DNA of 64,000 nt from Octopus bimaculoides (lineage: Eukaryota): positions 67,080,733 to 67,144,732 of the forward strand of contig NC_068984.1 of the NCBI RefSeq assembly GCF_001194135.2, written 5' to 3'. Numbering within the stretch: position 1 is the first letter of the stretch; each line of letters opens with the position of its first letter. The translations under genes and the position numbers were made by a program. The notes beneath the pieces were generated by a model, which was not told where the DNA came from, did no database searches, and saw only the letters and a list, made by a program, of their open reading frames with translations. Positions 37,798 through 51,970 of the stretch are shown here, piece by piece.

Positions 37798-39044
37798 AAG
37801 AAATATATAGGACAGATAACAATCCACGAATTCAGCTTAATGCGGCAATTTATTAGCAAGCAACTTTAAATATGACCGCTTGCTACTAAGTATACCATTC
37901 ATATTTAGTAGATAAACATGAAAGGTACAAAATGATTGATGTCTACGTCTAATGAAGCTAGCCCCAAATTATTATCTTTTTGTTTTATTCATTTATCATA
38001 AAGCTAAAAACAAAGCTTTGAACTTTAAGAAATTAATTGAAAGAAAGGCTGCTATAACCATTGATACACAAACGAACAAATAAATTTATTCTAAATAAAA
38101 CCATACTAACAACACATCCGTGAGACACAAACATCGTTAGGTTCAATCAATTTTCAACGGTGAATTGTGACAAACCAACGACAGTTACCTAAGCTGTAAA
38201 TGTGTTATCACATTTAATCGCCATCGAAGTATTAATGTCTCAAAACCATACACAAACATATTTCTTAGTTAAATTGTAATTAACGAAACATACAAATATA
38301 CCGGATTTGTGGTATATTTTTTGTATGTTAGTTCTCATGAAGGTGATCTTGATTTACAGTCTGGTTTAAATTAAATCAATTATACTAATACTAAATTATA
38401 TTGCAGAATTCATAAAATATTGTAATGTTAAGACTATATATTTAAGGAAAATATTAAACGTTTCATGTAAATTAGTAGTATGCTACCGCAAACTTGTCTG
38501 TATTACAGTATTGGCGTGAGATGAGGACTTTGAAGGGGGTCGTTTATTGGGAGTTACAACAGTATTTATTTTTTCTTTTACAAATTTATGCTATGAATGT
38601 GTAATAAAACTTTTTAATTTACTGAAGGAAATTTTTTTGCTTCTGCAGAAAGCTCTAACCTGAATAAGGCTCTGCTGCCATATTTACATACATAGTCGAT
38701 CCTAAACATTCAGATCCATTTATCATTTCTTACAACAATATTTTTGGAACAATATCTTTTCTACTCATTGTAGAAGAATATATAAAAAAAAAACACCGAC
38801 ACAAAAATGAAAGCAGCATCACACATTTCATTAGCTTTTAACTTAATTAAATGGTCACCACCAATGTAAAATGTAAAATAACTTTAAATATCATACTGGC
38901 ATCGATTCCACGTTGCCTATCTTTGCCCTGGTAAACACCGAAACCTCATGGCATACAAAACTACACAACATTGGATATAGATACAGGCTCGGGCTGCTAA
39001 TATAACGTATAGTACAATAAGCCATAGTTGAGGGAATTACATTG

Positions 39045-39622
39045 GGATCTTTTTTAAAACGGGGGCCACATTTTTCATTAACGAAACACTTTGAAACTTG
39101 GAAAACTGGTAGAATGTGTCATATAAAACATCTTTTTCTCTTAGTCTTCTTAAAAAAAGAAGAAATCCATAAATTATTCCATGTTAAAGTTGTCGTATTT
39201 CTGTAATTTCAACCAATCACTGACGTCCATTCAGCCGATATACATTAAGTTCCGACTACATAAACAAACGATTCTGAAACAATTAACCCTAACCCTAACT
39301 CTAACCCTAACCCTAGGGTTAGGGTTAGGGTTAGGGTTAGAGTTAGGGTTAAAGCAAATAAAACGAAGGTATGGAGATTAAATACGCTTTACATCGCTTA
39401 ATGAGCCAAAGGAGTAAATGTAAACAACTGAATACTTGTCAGTGATTGGTTGAAATTATCGAAATAAGACAATTTTTTACATGAAATAAATTCGAATACA
39501 AAAATATTTTTCTGTTCTATAACACAAAATAGATAAGTATACGAAGTTTGAAAGTCTTTCGGTACCAAAAACACTACGTAAAACATTAATGAAAAATGTG
39601 GCCCCCGTTTTAAAAAAGATCC
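39045..39622. mobile_element. 578-bp non-autonomous DNA transposon (MITE) with 37-bp perfect TIRs, an 8-bp TSD and an internal telomeric palindrome
   Basis: TIR GGATCTTTTTTAAAACGGGGGCCACATTTTTCATTAA (39045-39081) and its exact reverse complement (39586-39622). TTACATTG flanks both sides (39037-39044, 39623-39630). Confidence 0.95.
39283..39352. repeat. Inverted telomeric repeat array (CCCTAA)n-CCCTAGGG-(TTAGGG)n
   Basis: Seen directly; centre CCCTAGGG at 39311-39318; one CTCTAA/TTAGAG variant unit in each arm. Confidence 0.95.
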
Positions 39623-39727
39623 TTACATTGTATTGTCCTCGATTAAGAAGAACTATAAATTTTGGAACGTTTTCGTAATAATCAACAGTGAAAATATAAT
39701 TGATAGATGGAGTTTAAAATGCCAATA

Positions 39728-39930
39728 AAGCGGCGAGCTGGCCGAATCATTAACAGCTTTTCATCCGTCTTTACGCTCTGAGTTCAAATTCAGCCGAGAT
39801 GGACTTTGCCTTTCATCCTTTCGACGTCAATAAGTTAAGTACCAGTCAAATACAAGGATCAATGAAATATTATAATTCCCCGCCTCCTCCAAAATTCCAG
39901 GCCTTGTACTTGTAGCAGAAAGGAGTATTA
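39728..39930 (+). mobile_element. SINE family A
   Basis: GCGGCGAGCTGGCCGAATC head, CTGAGTTCAAATTC, TTTGCCTTTCATCCTTTCG and AAAATTCCAGGCCTTGT. Confidence 0.88.
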
Positions 39931-39940
39931 CTACATATAC

Positions 39941-40102
39941 TCATTCTTTTAGTCATTGGACTAGGACGACGATTATATTGGGTCACCGCTTTCGAGGGAT
40001 TAGTCGAGCAAGACACAGAAGACACTTGCCTAACGAGCTGCGTAGTGAGGCTGAACGTGAAACCAAGTGGCTGAAAAGCGGTCTTCTTAACCCCACTGCC
40101 AT
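39941..40102 (-). mobile_element. SINE family B-related copy lacking the central region
   Basis: AGAAGACACTTGCCTAA (reverse CORE-like) plus a tRNA-like head and a family B-type 3' end. Confidence 0.65.
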
Positions 40103-42544
40103 GAATGAATACATACGCACGTATGTACATGCAAACATAAAAACGTGTGTATATACGTAAATTAATACATATATACGCAAACCTATCATAGATGATGACT
40201 GGACATGAACAGTCAATGTCGATCTACGACGGACAGCCGAAGATATAGACATGTAGACAAATGTGCACGAGTATTTATATTAGTATATACATGCACATAC
40301 ATGTATACGTTTTTACCTTAATATTCGTCAGTAAATTTCTGCATGTGCCACTGTTGACAATCAGTATTTGAAGATCTATTTTTGCAATGAAAATAACTCT
40401 CATCATTCGGTTTATTGAAGAGATTATGAAACAAGTATAATCTATGTGTTAACTTGTTAATCATTATCGGCTTAAGCAAGTCTAAAGCTTAAAACAAATT
40501 AGAGTATGATCTAATTCCACGATTCAGATTTCTACAGAGTAGATCTCTCATAAATATGTATAAACGAATTGAAGGACTGCAAAAGAAAAAAAAAAGAAAA
40601 GAAATATCATTCCAGCATCGAACAGAAAACAGCCTTGATTTACTGTTGGAAGTCTTCTTCCAGGTCGCCACTATCTCTTACATAGGGGAGAATTTATCAT
40701 GTCAAGTTCAAATAAAATTTCTTGCAATATATTCCCTTGAAACATATTCCCAGTATTTTATGTTTATTAAATCTCAGTGCTGGTGACATTAGAGATTCTA
40801 ATTGAATATATTATGTAGGAAAATTTTAGTAATGAGCTAAATCAAAGTGAAATGATATAACCAAAATGCAAGAAACAAGGTATAATGAAAGAAAAACACA
40901 ATAACATAAATAGGCTAATGTTTACTTTAATGTGAAACCTTAAGAATTTACGTTACGTTTTATGTGTTACCCTTGATAAAACTAAGTTTTATATTTCCAT
41001 AAAACAACAGATATGTCGTATCATTCCTTGTCATAGGAGATGTTATTGTACGTCGGATTTTGCTACTCAAATATATCAAAGGTTTTGTAAAAGTAGGGAG
41101 AGAAAGTGAGAAACAAAGACAAAGAAATATGAAATGATATATAATATTGTAGATAAAATATGAACGTCGATTAATTCTACTGCTGCTGTTTGTGGCAATT
41201 AAACACATTTTTGAAAACATTAACAATAATTGCTACCGTTTATTCAATGGATATTAAACCCAGTTTAGATACCTGCTGGCTTTCGCAAAAGCCTTGATTT
41301 TTCAATAGAAAAATCTTTGAATATAACCACTTAGCTTAGTTAGCATCAAAACAAATTGCAACATTAATCTATTTGCAAGATCGGAATTATTCATTTATTT
41401 TGGAAATCTTTTTAATTTATTTATTCATCTTTGTTTTCATTATGAATCATACAAAGAAAGGTCACTTGTAAATGGATACAGGAATTATTTCCTAATTCAA
41501 CCATAAAAAATATTTCTGCACAAAAAAGGAAAAGATTACTAAGTGTATTCTAAATTTAGTGCCGGCTATAGAAAGGAGTGTATGTAATAAATTGCCATTT
41601 GTTACCACTATTGCTACATGGTTATGAATTATTGTTGTTGATGTCGGCGTTGGTGGTGTTGTTGGTGCTGCTACAGTTGTTATTGCGGTTTCTGCAATAC
41701 TATTGATAAATTGATTTGGCTAAGCAATCGATCCGAGAGTGACCGTTTTTCCACAATGACTACATATAACTAGCGCCAATATGCTTCATTTCCTTTTCAC
41801 TGAAATGTCTGGAAGTATGGATAAGTACATAACTTTTAGTAATGAAATCACAACAGAAAAAAAACAATAAAAAAACAAACGATGTCAATAAAAGAATTTA
41901 GATGTATTTTGAGCATTTAATGTGTCTAGAGTAGAAGTTAATTTAAGAACAAAGACCCGATATAAAACCTCATGTCACTCCTACTTTTTCTTTACAAAAA
42001 TATCCTTGCAAATAATAGGCTTTTTCCTAGTGTTTCTTGTAATGTTTATGCACTTTGAAAATCAACTATGTTAGATTTATAACACAAAAATCTCCAAACG
42101 GAGAAATTTCAGAAATATAACAATCATAGAAACGGAAATTATAACTGGATTTGCAATCAGTCTTTAAATTAAAAAATAAGTAAAAGTTATATTTTTTGAA
42201 ATTGAAGAATGCAGAGGAAATATACATTTCGGAACATACAAATGTAATACCCTTTCTGAAAAGTACGGTGCCTCAGGATGGCCGCAGCCTCAAAGCTGAA
42301 ACATATAAAAGAATAAAATAATGCATTTCATATACACACGCATGCACGCACACACATAAACAACACAAACACATAGATGTAAAAGTCTATTTTGCAACCA
42401 TTGGTTACTCCTATCCCTTGCTCAGAACCTTAGTGAAGTGCTTTCTTCATGAGCTCGTGTTTACCAAGATATTGTAATTTGAATTGGGAAGTAGGGGAAC
42501 TGTAGAGAAGCTCATCTCACTCCTTCCCACTCACTCTCACTCAC

Positions 42545-42579
<35 letters not shown>

Positions 42580-42608
42580 CACACACGTACACACAAGCAT
42601 AAATTAAT

Positions 42609-42825
42609 TCTGTATACTATGGGCATAAGGCCTGAAATTTTGTAGGAGGGGGCTAGTCGATTACATTGCATCAATCCCTGGTGCTAGACTGGTAGATATT
42701 TTATCGACCTCGAAAGGATGAAAGGCAAAGTCGACCTTAGTGGCATTCGAACTTAGAACGTAAAGACCGGCGACATGTCACAAAGCATTTTCCCCCGGAG
42801 TGCTAACGATTAGGTCAGCTTGCCA
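42609..42825 (-). mobile_element. SINE family A
   Basis: CATAAGGCCTGAAATTTT..CGAAAGGATGAAAGGCAAAGTCGACC..GAACGTAAAGAC. Confidence 0.88.
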
Positions 42826-43325
42826 CACGTAAATTTATATGACAAATCTGAGCATATGTCTTTTTAGTAAAATCACACTTTAGAATCTCTGTGAAATGTA
42901 TATCCTGTGGTATTTCCTTGTAGCCATAAAAGAGGTAAACTAGATTAATCGTAGCACTTTTGCTACTAAATCAGAAAACATTTACTAAATTTCTTTACCG
43001 TTGTGAAAATAGTTGCTTCTACCTAGGATAAAATAGTTGCTTCTACCTAGGATAAAAGAAAAGGAGTCTATTCTAATCTGTATGAAAATACGGGCGTTGA
43101 GAACTGGAAAAATTGCTTAACAGTAGCACTACAATAACATCAGAATAATTTTCTATTAGGATTTTGTATATACTGTAATAAAATGTTATTAAGAAATTTA
43201 AGAAAAAACAATTTGGTTCTAAAAGCACATGCTCATAAGTTTACTACTCTTTTTCTCCCACCGTCTCTGTATACATGTGTGCATGCGTATATGTACACAC
43301 AAATACACATACACACACAGAGACA

Positions 43326-43372
<47 letters not shown>

Positions 43373-44084
43373 TCACCAGCGTAAATAAAGACATTGTGGT
43401 TTTAGGCATTGAATTATATTATTTTGAGCCAAAGATGTTTTTAGCTATTCCATTAATAAAGATAACTGAAAATAAATATTGTCAGTCTGAGTACTAGGCT
43501 CAACATAACTGGTGGCAGTACTCAAGCATGGACCTAATCAGATGACTGAAGTTAGTAAAATGGTAAAGAAGATGAAAAATCCATTTTTATCTCCTACATT
43601 TTACGTCACAATTAACTCGATTATATTCCAGCCTATTATTATATTGAAGATAATAAGTGAAGTTAAAGAAGACTAATATAAATTTCACAGGAGATGAAAG
43701 GAAAGCACTGAAAATAGCACAGTAAATGAAAGACGAAATTAACTTTTAAAGCTCTCAATCTAGAAGTAACCAAGTAGCATAGCAAATATATGAAATTTTG
43801 ACTTCGTTATTTATCGTTGCATTAAATTCATTTACATCTTTAGAAAAATCTGTTTGAAATAATATTAATTTCGAAAGTTAGGTAAACATTTGAAACGGAT
43901 GAGGACATGATTATAATGACATTTATAATCTTATCATAATAGCTTTCATTGTTGCATAACATTTTTTATTGATGCTACAGCGACTCTCTTCGGTACTTTC
44001 AGGGTAACAGGACAAAGTGAATATTAGAAAATTAAAGCAAATTAAAGAACCTAGCCTTCAATGAATGAAATTACATAAGGAGTC

Positions 44085-44600
44085 TCAATCAATCAACGGA
44101 TCAATCAATAAGCCAATCAATCAATCAACGGATCAATCAATAAGCCAATCAATCAATCAATCAATCAATCTATTAAATCAGCTTTTGCTCTCCCACTGAT
44201 GGATAATTACTTAATATTTCTCCATGACTTTCGCCTTTGTTCGTCCAGTGTCCAATTTTTGCCAAATCGATTCTATTCAACACTGTCTTGTTAACTGTCG
44301 TTCTCCGTATCTTTTGCGGTCATACTGAATCCAGTTTGTTAGCTTTTTTCGTCCACCTGTTGTAATAATTGTCTATAAGTTTGCCGTCCAATTATATTCC
44401 AACAATTGTATAAATCTAATTATTTTATTTTTCTTTGTTTATGGATCAATTTCAGCTTCAATGATATTACTAGCAAAGCACCTTCCTGGGCATAATAAGT
44501 TGTTCTTAGTTTGTTTGTTAGGCTTTGTCTTCGGTTCAATTTTTGTTCCATAAGAAATATTTGGATCAGACAGTCGAAAACCTGTCTTCTATAGCTTCAG
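44085..44600 (-). mobile_element. LINE (RTE-like) 3' fragment with an (ATTG)n tail
   Basis: Minus-strand broken translation WIQYDRKRYGERQ...FGKNWTLDEQRRKSW resembles the W.P...KR..GRP..RW....W...DR..W C-terminus of RTE-type LINEs. It is followed by the tetranucleotide tail at 44085-44170. Confidence 0.5.
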
Positions 44601-45435
44601 AGTTTAAAGAATCAGTAATCACTAAAATTATTTAAGATCGAACATATCTAAGCAGTGTATTACAGTAGTGTGTAGAAAAACTGATATTTACTAATCTATA
44701 AGGTTATCTCAGTAAGGTTAATCGATTGTGTGAGAGACTACTAATTAAAAGGCCTTGAAACAGAATCGCCCATTGATACCTTAGTTTGCATATGGCTCGC
44801 GTAGCTATCTCTTGGTGGAGCAGTCTACAAACGAGTAATTAAGTATCAAGAGAAAATACAAAAGACAGCAGTATTTATCAGAACAGTTTGATCATTATTT
44901 CATTAGATTTTATTGATCGGTGTAAGTCTAAGTGTGAAATCTATAGTTAGACTTACCATACATATCTTAGTATATTCCAGTTTTGAAAGCTTTCAAAATT
45001 GCAATATACTTAAGCAAATGGTGAGACATTTTAGTAATGGGAGATGAAAATAGATATAAGAAGATAAACATTAAACGATATCAAATATTATCTTCATTAA
45101 TATAAAAATCCACTTCTGTAGCAAAAATGCATCAAAAGGCAATGATCCTATTCCCCCATTTCCTTTTCGGAATGAAAACAAAACAAAAAACAAAAACAGT
45201 TTCTTTTAGATAAGCTTCAAAATAAGGAAAATTGTCTGATGTTGAAATAGATTTAGAAAAAAGAAAATGTCTTGAGAATTATTTTTACTTAACATTGAAG
45301 TCTAAGGAGGAGTATAATTAATTCTCAACATTCGTATTTTCGCAGATAAAAACCTCTTTATGGCTATAGATAACGTAGCATTTTCACATCTAAAAGAAAT
45401 TAGAAACGTTACACACACACATACACACATACACA

Positions 45436-45478
<43 letters not shown>

Positions 45479-46182
45479 ACACACACTCTCTCGTAGGGAA
45501 ATAAGATAGGGATTAAGAACTAATCATTTTCGAGAGAAAGCAATAGAATCCATTGAAAGCTGTTAAAAATTGAAGTGATCATTTTCGTTTTATGAAATCA
45601 TTATCAATCATGAAGATTATTTGTTAAACTGAAAATTAGAGAATATCAGTTTAAGAATAGTGATAAAAATATATTGGAAACTTACATAGAAGAAATTCTT
45701 TTATAAAAATAAACTCCTGTTCAAAGAAAAAAAAACCTACAGACATTTGTAATACTTCTGTTTTAGTCATATTTAGAATTAATTGGCTCAGTATGATCGA
45801 TGCTTTTAGAATAGAAGATGATAAATTTACTAAATATATTCTGACATAAAAGACATATTTGCTAAATTCTTGTATAGCTAGTGCGGCGAGATATAAATTT
45901 TGAAACAAAAACAGAGGAAACATTGATAGAAATAATAAAAGAATCACAATGGACACTAAGAAAGAAATTCATTTATGATAATAGATATCAACAAAATATT
46001 ATTGTAACATAATGTAATGAGCTATAGAGAAAAAAATCAGTGCTGCGTGCCTTCATTTCAAACGTCCTATCGTTTGGCGTCAAGATGTTGAAAGCTTGGA
46101 GGTTGTGTAATCGAATGAAAATGATTGGTAATGAAGGAACATAGAAGCAGTATATTTATATGATAAATGGTCGACGAACGGA

Positions 46183-46247
46183 CGAACCGACGACCGACCG
46201 ACCGACCGACATACCTACCTATCTATCTATCTATCTATCTATCTATC
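46183..46247. repeat. Compound (CGAC)n(TACC)n(TATC)n microsatellite
   Basis: Seen directly. Confidence 0.9.
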
Positions 46248-46269
46248 CACCTGGAAACCAATTACACAT

Positions 46270-46303
<34 letters not shown>

Positions 46304-48419
46304 TATGTTGACTTTTGCTGTATATCCCTCCCACACTTTTGATACAACAATGACAGATTCACACACTGCTTTATTGTATTTCGTCTCTCTTTCACTGTTG
46401 AAAACTAAACCGATTCTGTTAATCTGATCTTGCAAAACGAGTGCTATATCTAGCCATGCCCATTTGACGTATTCATCTCTCTTCGTTATTACAGATAAAT
46501 GCCATACTAGGTATGTTAATCATTGCTATTCCCAAGAACTGTAGTCCATTGGTATCTCTTTACTGACAGTCAAAGAGAAATCGAAAAGAAATAAATGGAC
46601 GTAGTGGTCAATTACTTCTGCTGTTTCACTAAATTTAACTTAAAGTGGACAAAAATGAAAGTAAATTATCTTGCGATATATTTAAAATGTTAACGTCCAT
46701 AGTTTTGCCAAAAGTTGCATATTGAAAATGAAAAGGCTCTAAATGGGACGTAAAATGTAGTTAAAAACTTAGATCACTGATAGTTTATGACTACACTATG
46801 TTATGGCAGCCAAGTTAGATTGTGAATAATTCCGTAGTAAAGAACATTAATTACTAAAGGGATGGAATGTAACAGGGTATTCATTCATTATATAAGAATG
46901 TTTAAGAATAATGCTATCCTCCGTTTAAAATGATTTGAAGAACAGCAAGCTAACGACGCACTCATTAGTTTTACAGTGCTAATCTTACTTTTAGCAATAC
47001 ACTGTTCTTACCTAAGAGGTAGTTGTACCTAGCTGGTGAGAGTTAAATCTGCAGCTATAGAGATAGGGCTGAGATAGCGTCAGCATATGAAACTCAAATA
47101 TTTGGGTTTGTGGTCACTTCTATCGACTTCGATATTTATACTCTCGCTTGCGTATAAATTAATTATATAGTTTTGTTTTGACATAGTACTGTATTGTTTT
47201 AAAGGAAGATTCAATAGACCGTTGTGAGGTTCAGTTCTTTCTTAAAGAAAAATTCTAACACATGGCTGAAATATTCTGAGATATTTCGTCGCGACACTAT
47301 GCCAGTATTTGCCCAGAACATGCGCGAAGTCTATTGATCAGCCCCCGTAGCAAGAAAGCAAACGAATCATTAAAGTGTTGAAAATGTAAACTGCAATGCG
47401 TCGAATACTGTAATCTACCATTCCAGCCATTTACACTAATGCTCAAGTGGAATTGGCAGACGATAATGAAAGGAGAAATTAAGCGAGAATAATGTAGATA
47501 AATTAATGGTTTAACTAATTACATAACTAGATTTAGTATCAAACTGCTGTAGTCGTTTAATCGAATCAAACTCACAAGAAAACACAAGTAAAGGTCATTA
47601 CAGAAATTTCTGGTTTAACTGGAAATGACTGATGTAAATTTACTCGTATAAATAAATAAAGGAAAGACCCTTAATTCTGAAAACCCTTTAACTACTTTTT
47701 GGGTCAATTTATTCTGATGAAAATGTTATTTTACTTGAAATTAATTCTCACTTACGTGCTTGCTATTTACTTGTGTTACGCAGAAAGCTGTGAAGAAGAG
47801 TTTGCAAACATTTATTTACTCTGATGTATTTACTTCTTTCGATGTATTTATGTTCGAACAGAAAATAATTCAATAAAATAAAATTGCTCTTAAGATTTGA
47901 TTACGATTTAAAAATTACATTTGTTTAAGTAAGACTTCTAAAAGCAACATAAACAATGGGAATACTGTCTAAACAATTGCTACTCCATGACTTGATCAAC
48001 CATTTTCATTACCGGCTTTTGACTACTGGCGTTCATTACTTAAAATGAAAGCACAAAATGGCACCGGATATAAACGTAAGAAGAGGGTTTAGAAGTTAAA
48101 ATCTTTTAAAATGTTATACTAATGAATAAAAGTAATTTTACTAAAATTATTTTGTAATTGATTTAGAAATTCCTCTATCACACCCATCCTACGAAGGTGA
48201 CGCCTACTTTATCAACAATCATTCCACAACTTTGTAAAGGGTTCCTCTACGTCATTTCCTGCATATGTAGAAATAACAGCAAAACATTCCTCGAAGAACT
48301 CGATGAGCGAGGATGGATATACAAGATAATTTAGTCAGATATAAAGCGACGCAGTGATTACGACTACAATGACTTGATTTAGTGTCACGACAGTTAAAGC
48401 AGTTCCTTAATTCATGATG

Positions 48420-48597
48420 CATTTCTGCTAAACAGAAACAAGAAGAATGTTTCGTAACTTAGCGGTTTGGAAAAGGGACCCACAGAATGAGTACTATGCT
48501 TACAAAGAATAGGTCCTAGGGTCGATNNNNNNNNNNGCTCCAGCATGGCTGCAGTTAAATGATTGAAGCAAGTGAAAAAAAAGAATAAAAGAATATA
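48420..48597 (+). mobile_element. SINE family B 3' portion (spans a 10-N gap)
   Basis: GAGTACTATGCTTACAAAGAAT..GGGTCGAT..GCTCCAGCATGGCTGCAGTTAAATGATTGAAGCAAGTGAAAAAAAGAATAAAAG is the reverse of the end of the 60843 copy. Confidence 0.75.
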
Positions 48598-48858
48598 CAT
48601 ATCGTTGCTATTATGTTAATCTGTCGTGTGTCCAAATTTGGACAAATGCATTTTTCTTTCAATATTCATTTTTGCTTCCAATAATCAGTTCTTTTGGTCA
48701 ATGAATCGTATCCGTATGTCTTGCTGCTTCAGATGGCAAGATATTAAACATTGCCAATGTGTAGTAAAACGGTTTTACTGGAATGGAATGGTGAAACTAT
48801 TGTTTCGTTTTCTAAAAAAGCAACGTTTTGGAGTTACGACACTTTTGCATAATAGCAA

Positions 48859-48897
<39 letters not shown>

Positions 48898-50070
48898 AAT
48901 GTGCGACTGTACATTTCAGTTCGTACGCATGGGTTTTATGTAATATCGTCTGGAGTAGACGGAAGGAGTATAAGTACCTACTTCGAAGACAATTAAATTA
49001 ACCGAAAATTAGACGTGCGAACCCATTACAAAATCTTCGAGATTTTGAGTTGACCCCCTTGCTTTTGTTTGCTTAATTTAATCATTATTTTAATGTTAAT
49101 TTAATCATTATTTTAATCATCATTTTAATGTTTACCTTTTCTCGATTCGTGTATAATCTTAATTAATTAAAGTTATAGAGCTCTTTCACATTAAATGCTA
49201 CAATTTATTGGGCAAGTACAAGCATACCACACTTAAATCCTTTTGGGTTTTGTCGTTTTCGAATTAACGTCGCTTTTTAAAAATGTTAATGGAAAAAGCA
49301 AACCTCTGCGTCATTTGATTTATCCGACATTACATCTGTCTCGCGAACATATTTATAATCATATAATAAAAAAAAATAAGACCTAAAAACCAATTCTGAC
49401 TGGAAAGTCAAATAAAAATACAGGTGAAAATATGTGCAAACCACAAGTTAAAGCAGATATGAGCTAATATTTTTTTTAATGTTTCTTTTTCGCATTACAT
49501 CATTAAATTTTTTTTTATTTAAGTTTTATGTCAAGGTACAAGTTGAGGCATGCCAGTATTTAGCAGAAAAACAAACAGTTCATCTGAAATTTTATACTTC
49601 GCTGAGAAATCTAAGCATGTATAAACAAATGCTGCATGTCCCTTTGGTTAGAGAAACTGAAATTGCCTTGGCTACATCGATCTGAATTAGGTAATTCATG
49701 ACAGAACAATTATACATTGCTAGCTTACAGTTGTTTATATCGAACACAAAGCAGTACTGAACAGAATTGACCTGACTAGTTGGTATAGCGATGTGTTGGC
49801 AACGCGGTCAAATTATAAATTAAACAGATATATCACAATTGTAGTTGTTTTACTCAGTATGTTCAGATTTGTTTGAACAGATTTAAAATCAAATGTAGTC
49901 TAATAATGATTCATCCATTGTGATAACTGATAGAGAATCATGTAGTTCAAGATGTAATCCTTAAGTTTTACTTAGGGTTAGCAGTAATTTGAGCGATTTG
50001 GCTGCTATTCTGAGCAAGCGAACATACCACAGAGAGCAAGTCAATCTACCACAATATTTTATATCTCATA

Positions 50071-50283
50071 TGGCGGCGAGATGGCAGAAACATTAGCACA
50101 CCGGGCGAAATGCTTAGCAGTATTTCGTATGTCTTTACATTCTGAGTTCAAATTCCGCCGAGGTCGACTTTACCTTTCATCCTTTCGGGGTCCTTAAATT
50201 GCATACCAGCTGCATACTGGGGTCGATCTAATTGACGGACCCCTCCCCCAAAATTTCGGGCCTTGTGCCTAGAGTAGAAAATA
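50071..50283 (+). mobile_element. SINE family A (best-preserved copy)
   Basis: GGCGGCGAGATGGCAGAAAC A-box region, GAGTTCAAATTCC B-box, GGTCGACTTTACCTTTCATCCTTTCGGGG and TACTGGGGTCGAT. Confidence 0.92.
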
Positions 50284-50464
50284 ATATTTTATATGTCATA
50301 GCTGTTCCTACTTTGCTTCCTAATTTGTTTTTCTCCTAAGTTTTTTTTTTCAATTAAATAACATGCTAAAATGAAAATATTAGACAAAAATTAAATCAGA
50401 AGAGAAAGCTACTGAAACGCCAATGTATATGAAATTTATCAAAGTCCACATGTTATTATCATTA

Positions 50465-50756
50465 TCACGTGGTTAAAGTAATCGGCTCACGATTGTAAAG
50501 CCGTGAGTTTGATACCCGGCGGTATGTTGTGCTCTTGAGCAAGACACTTTATTTCACGTTGCTCCAGTTCACTCAGCTGGCAAAAATGTGTAGTACCTGT
50601 ATTTCAATGGGCCAGATTGAATCTTCCCGAGAACTATGTGAAGAGTACGCATGTTTGGGGAGTTCTCAGCCACTTACACGTTAATTTCACTTGCAGGCTA
50701 TTCCGTTTATCGAATCAACTAGAACCTTCATCGCTGTAACCGACGGAGTGCCAGTT
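50465..50756 (+). mobile_element. SINE family C
   Basis: Colinear with 7984-8309. Confidence 0.8.
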
Positions 50757-51032
50757 ATATATGTATCGTTAGATCACAGGGTTCTGAATGAAGATGATAA
50801 ATCCTCTATATGTCGATACGTATCGGCATTAGCTTTATTGTTCATACATTAGTCTGAGACAGAGCACAGCAGTGGTATTCTAAGCAAGTATTCTTCCATT
50901 GTCTCGTCTTAACTTTTCAATTGTGAAACATTGTCAAACATAATATATAGAGCATATGGGAATTCTACTTCAGAATATCAGAAGAAAAGAGAGATAAAAA
51001 AGTTGAAGTGTAGACACATAAAGAAACAATCG

Positions 51033-51034
<2 letters not shown>

Positions 51035-51080
<46 letters not shown>
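51035..51080. repeat. (AAT)n microsatellite (a second tract lies at 51445-51487)
   Basis: Seen directly. Confidence 0.95.
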
Positions 51081-51081
<1 letters not shown>

Positions 51082-51183
51082 TAGAACGCACACAGACATA
51101 AATATACCCACACTGTTATACATACATATGCTATATATTTATGTGTGAATATATCATTATATATCTTTGTATGCATACAATAT

Positions 51184-51235
<52 letters not shown>

Positions 51236-51250
51236 NNNNNNNNNNNNNNN

Positions 51251-51306
<56 letters not shown>

Positions 51307-51442
51307 TATGTGTGTGTGAGTGTGTTTGTTCGCTCGCGCACACAATAGAAACCAGAGACCAAATATAATCAAATTATCACTATTTTGAATAACTTCGTTA
51401 ATTTTGTTCGCTGCAATCAATCACCTGCAAACGTAAAGTTCA

Positions 51443-51488
<46 letters not shown>

Positions 51489-51913
51489 GGAATAGGCGTC
51501 ATTGAAAAAATTCATGCTTTTTGTCTGTGTTTTGCTTCCAGCATTTAAAAGTGGTCTGATTGCAAAGTTACATGAATTCATCTATACACACAGACAACAT
51601 GGATGTGTTTTTGGTAGTGTGTCTCTCTGTCTCTTTTTCTCTTTGCATACTTCTATATGTATGAATGTATGCATGTGTGTAAGATTGCATATCATGTAAG
51701 TCTGTAAATTTCCATACATATGTATTTAAACATTCTTCATATACACCTACATGCGTGCACACATACGTTCTCTCTTTTCCTCTGCACATATGCATATGTG
51801 CATGTGTGCATCGGAAAACTGTGCGCGCACGTTTATATGTATGAGCGTGATTTTGTGAATGCATCCAAGCATATGCATAGATACACACACACACATACAA
51901 ACACAAACACACA

Positions 51914-51970
<57 letters not shown>

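Noticed and set aside
39283-39352. Relic of a chromosome end-to-end telomere fusion
   Set aside because: A fusion gives (TTAGGG)n(CCCTAA)n. The orientation here is the reverse, and the array lies inside a TSD-bounded MITE.
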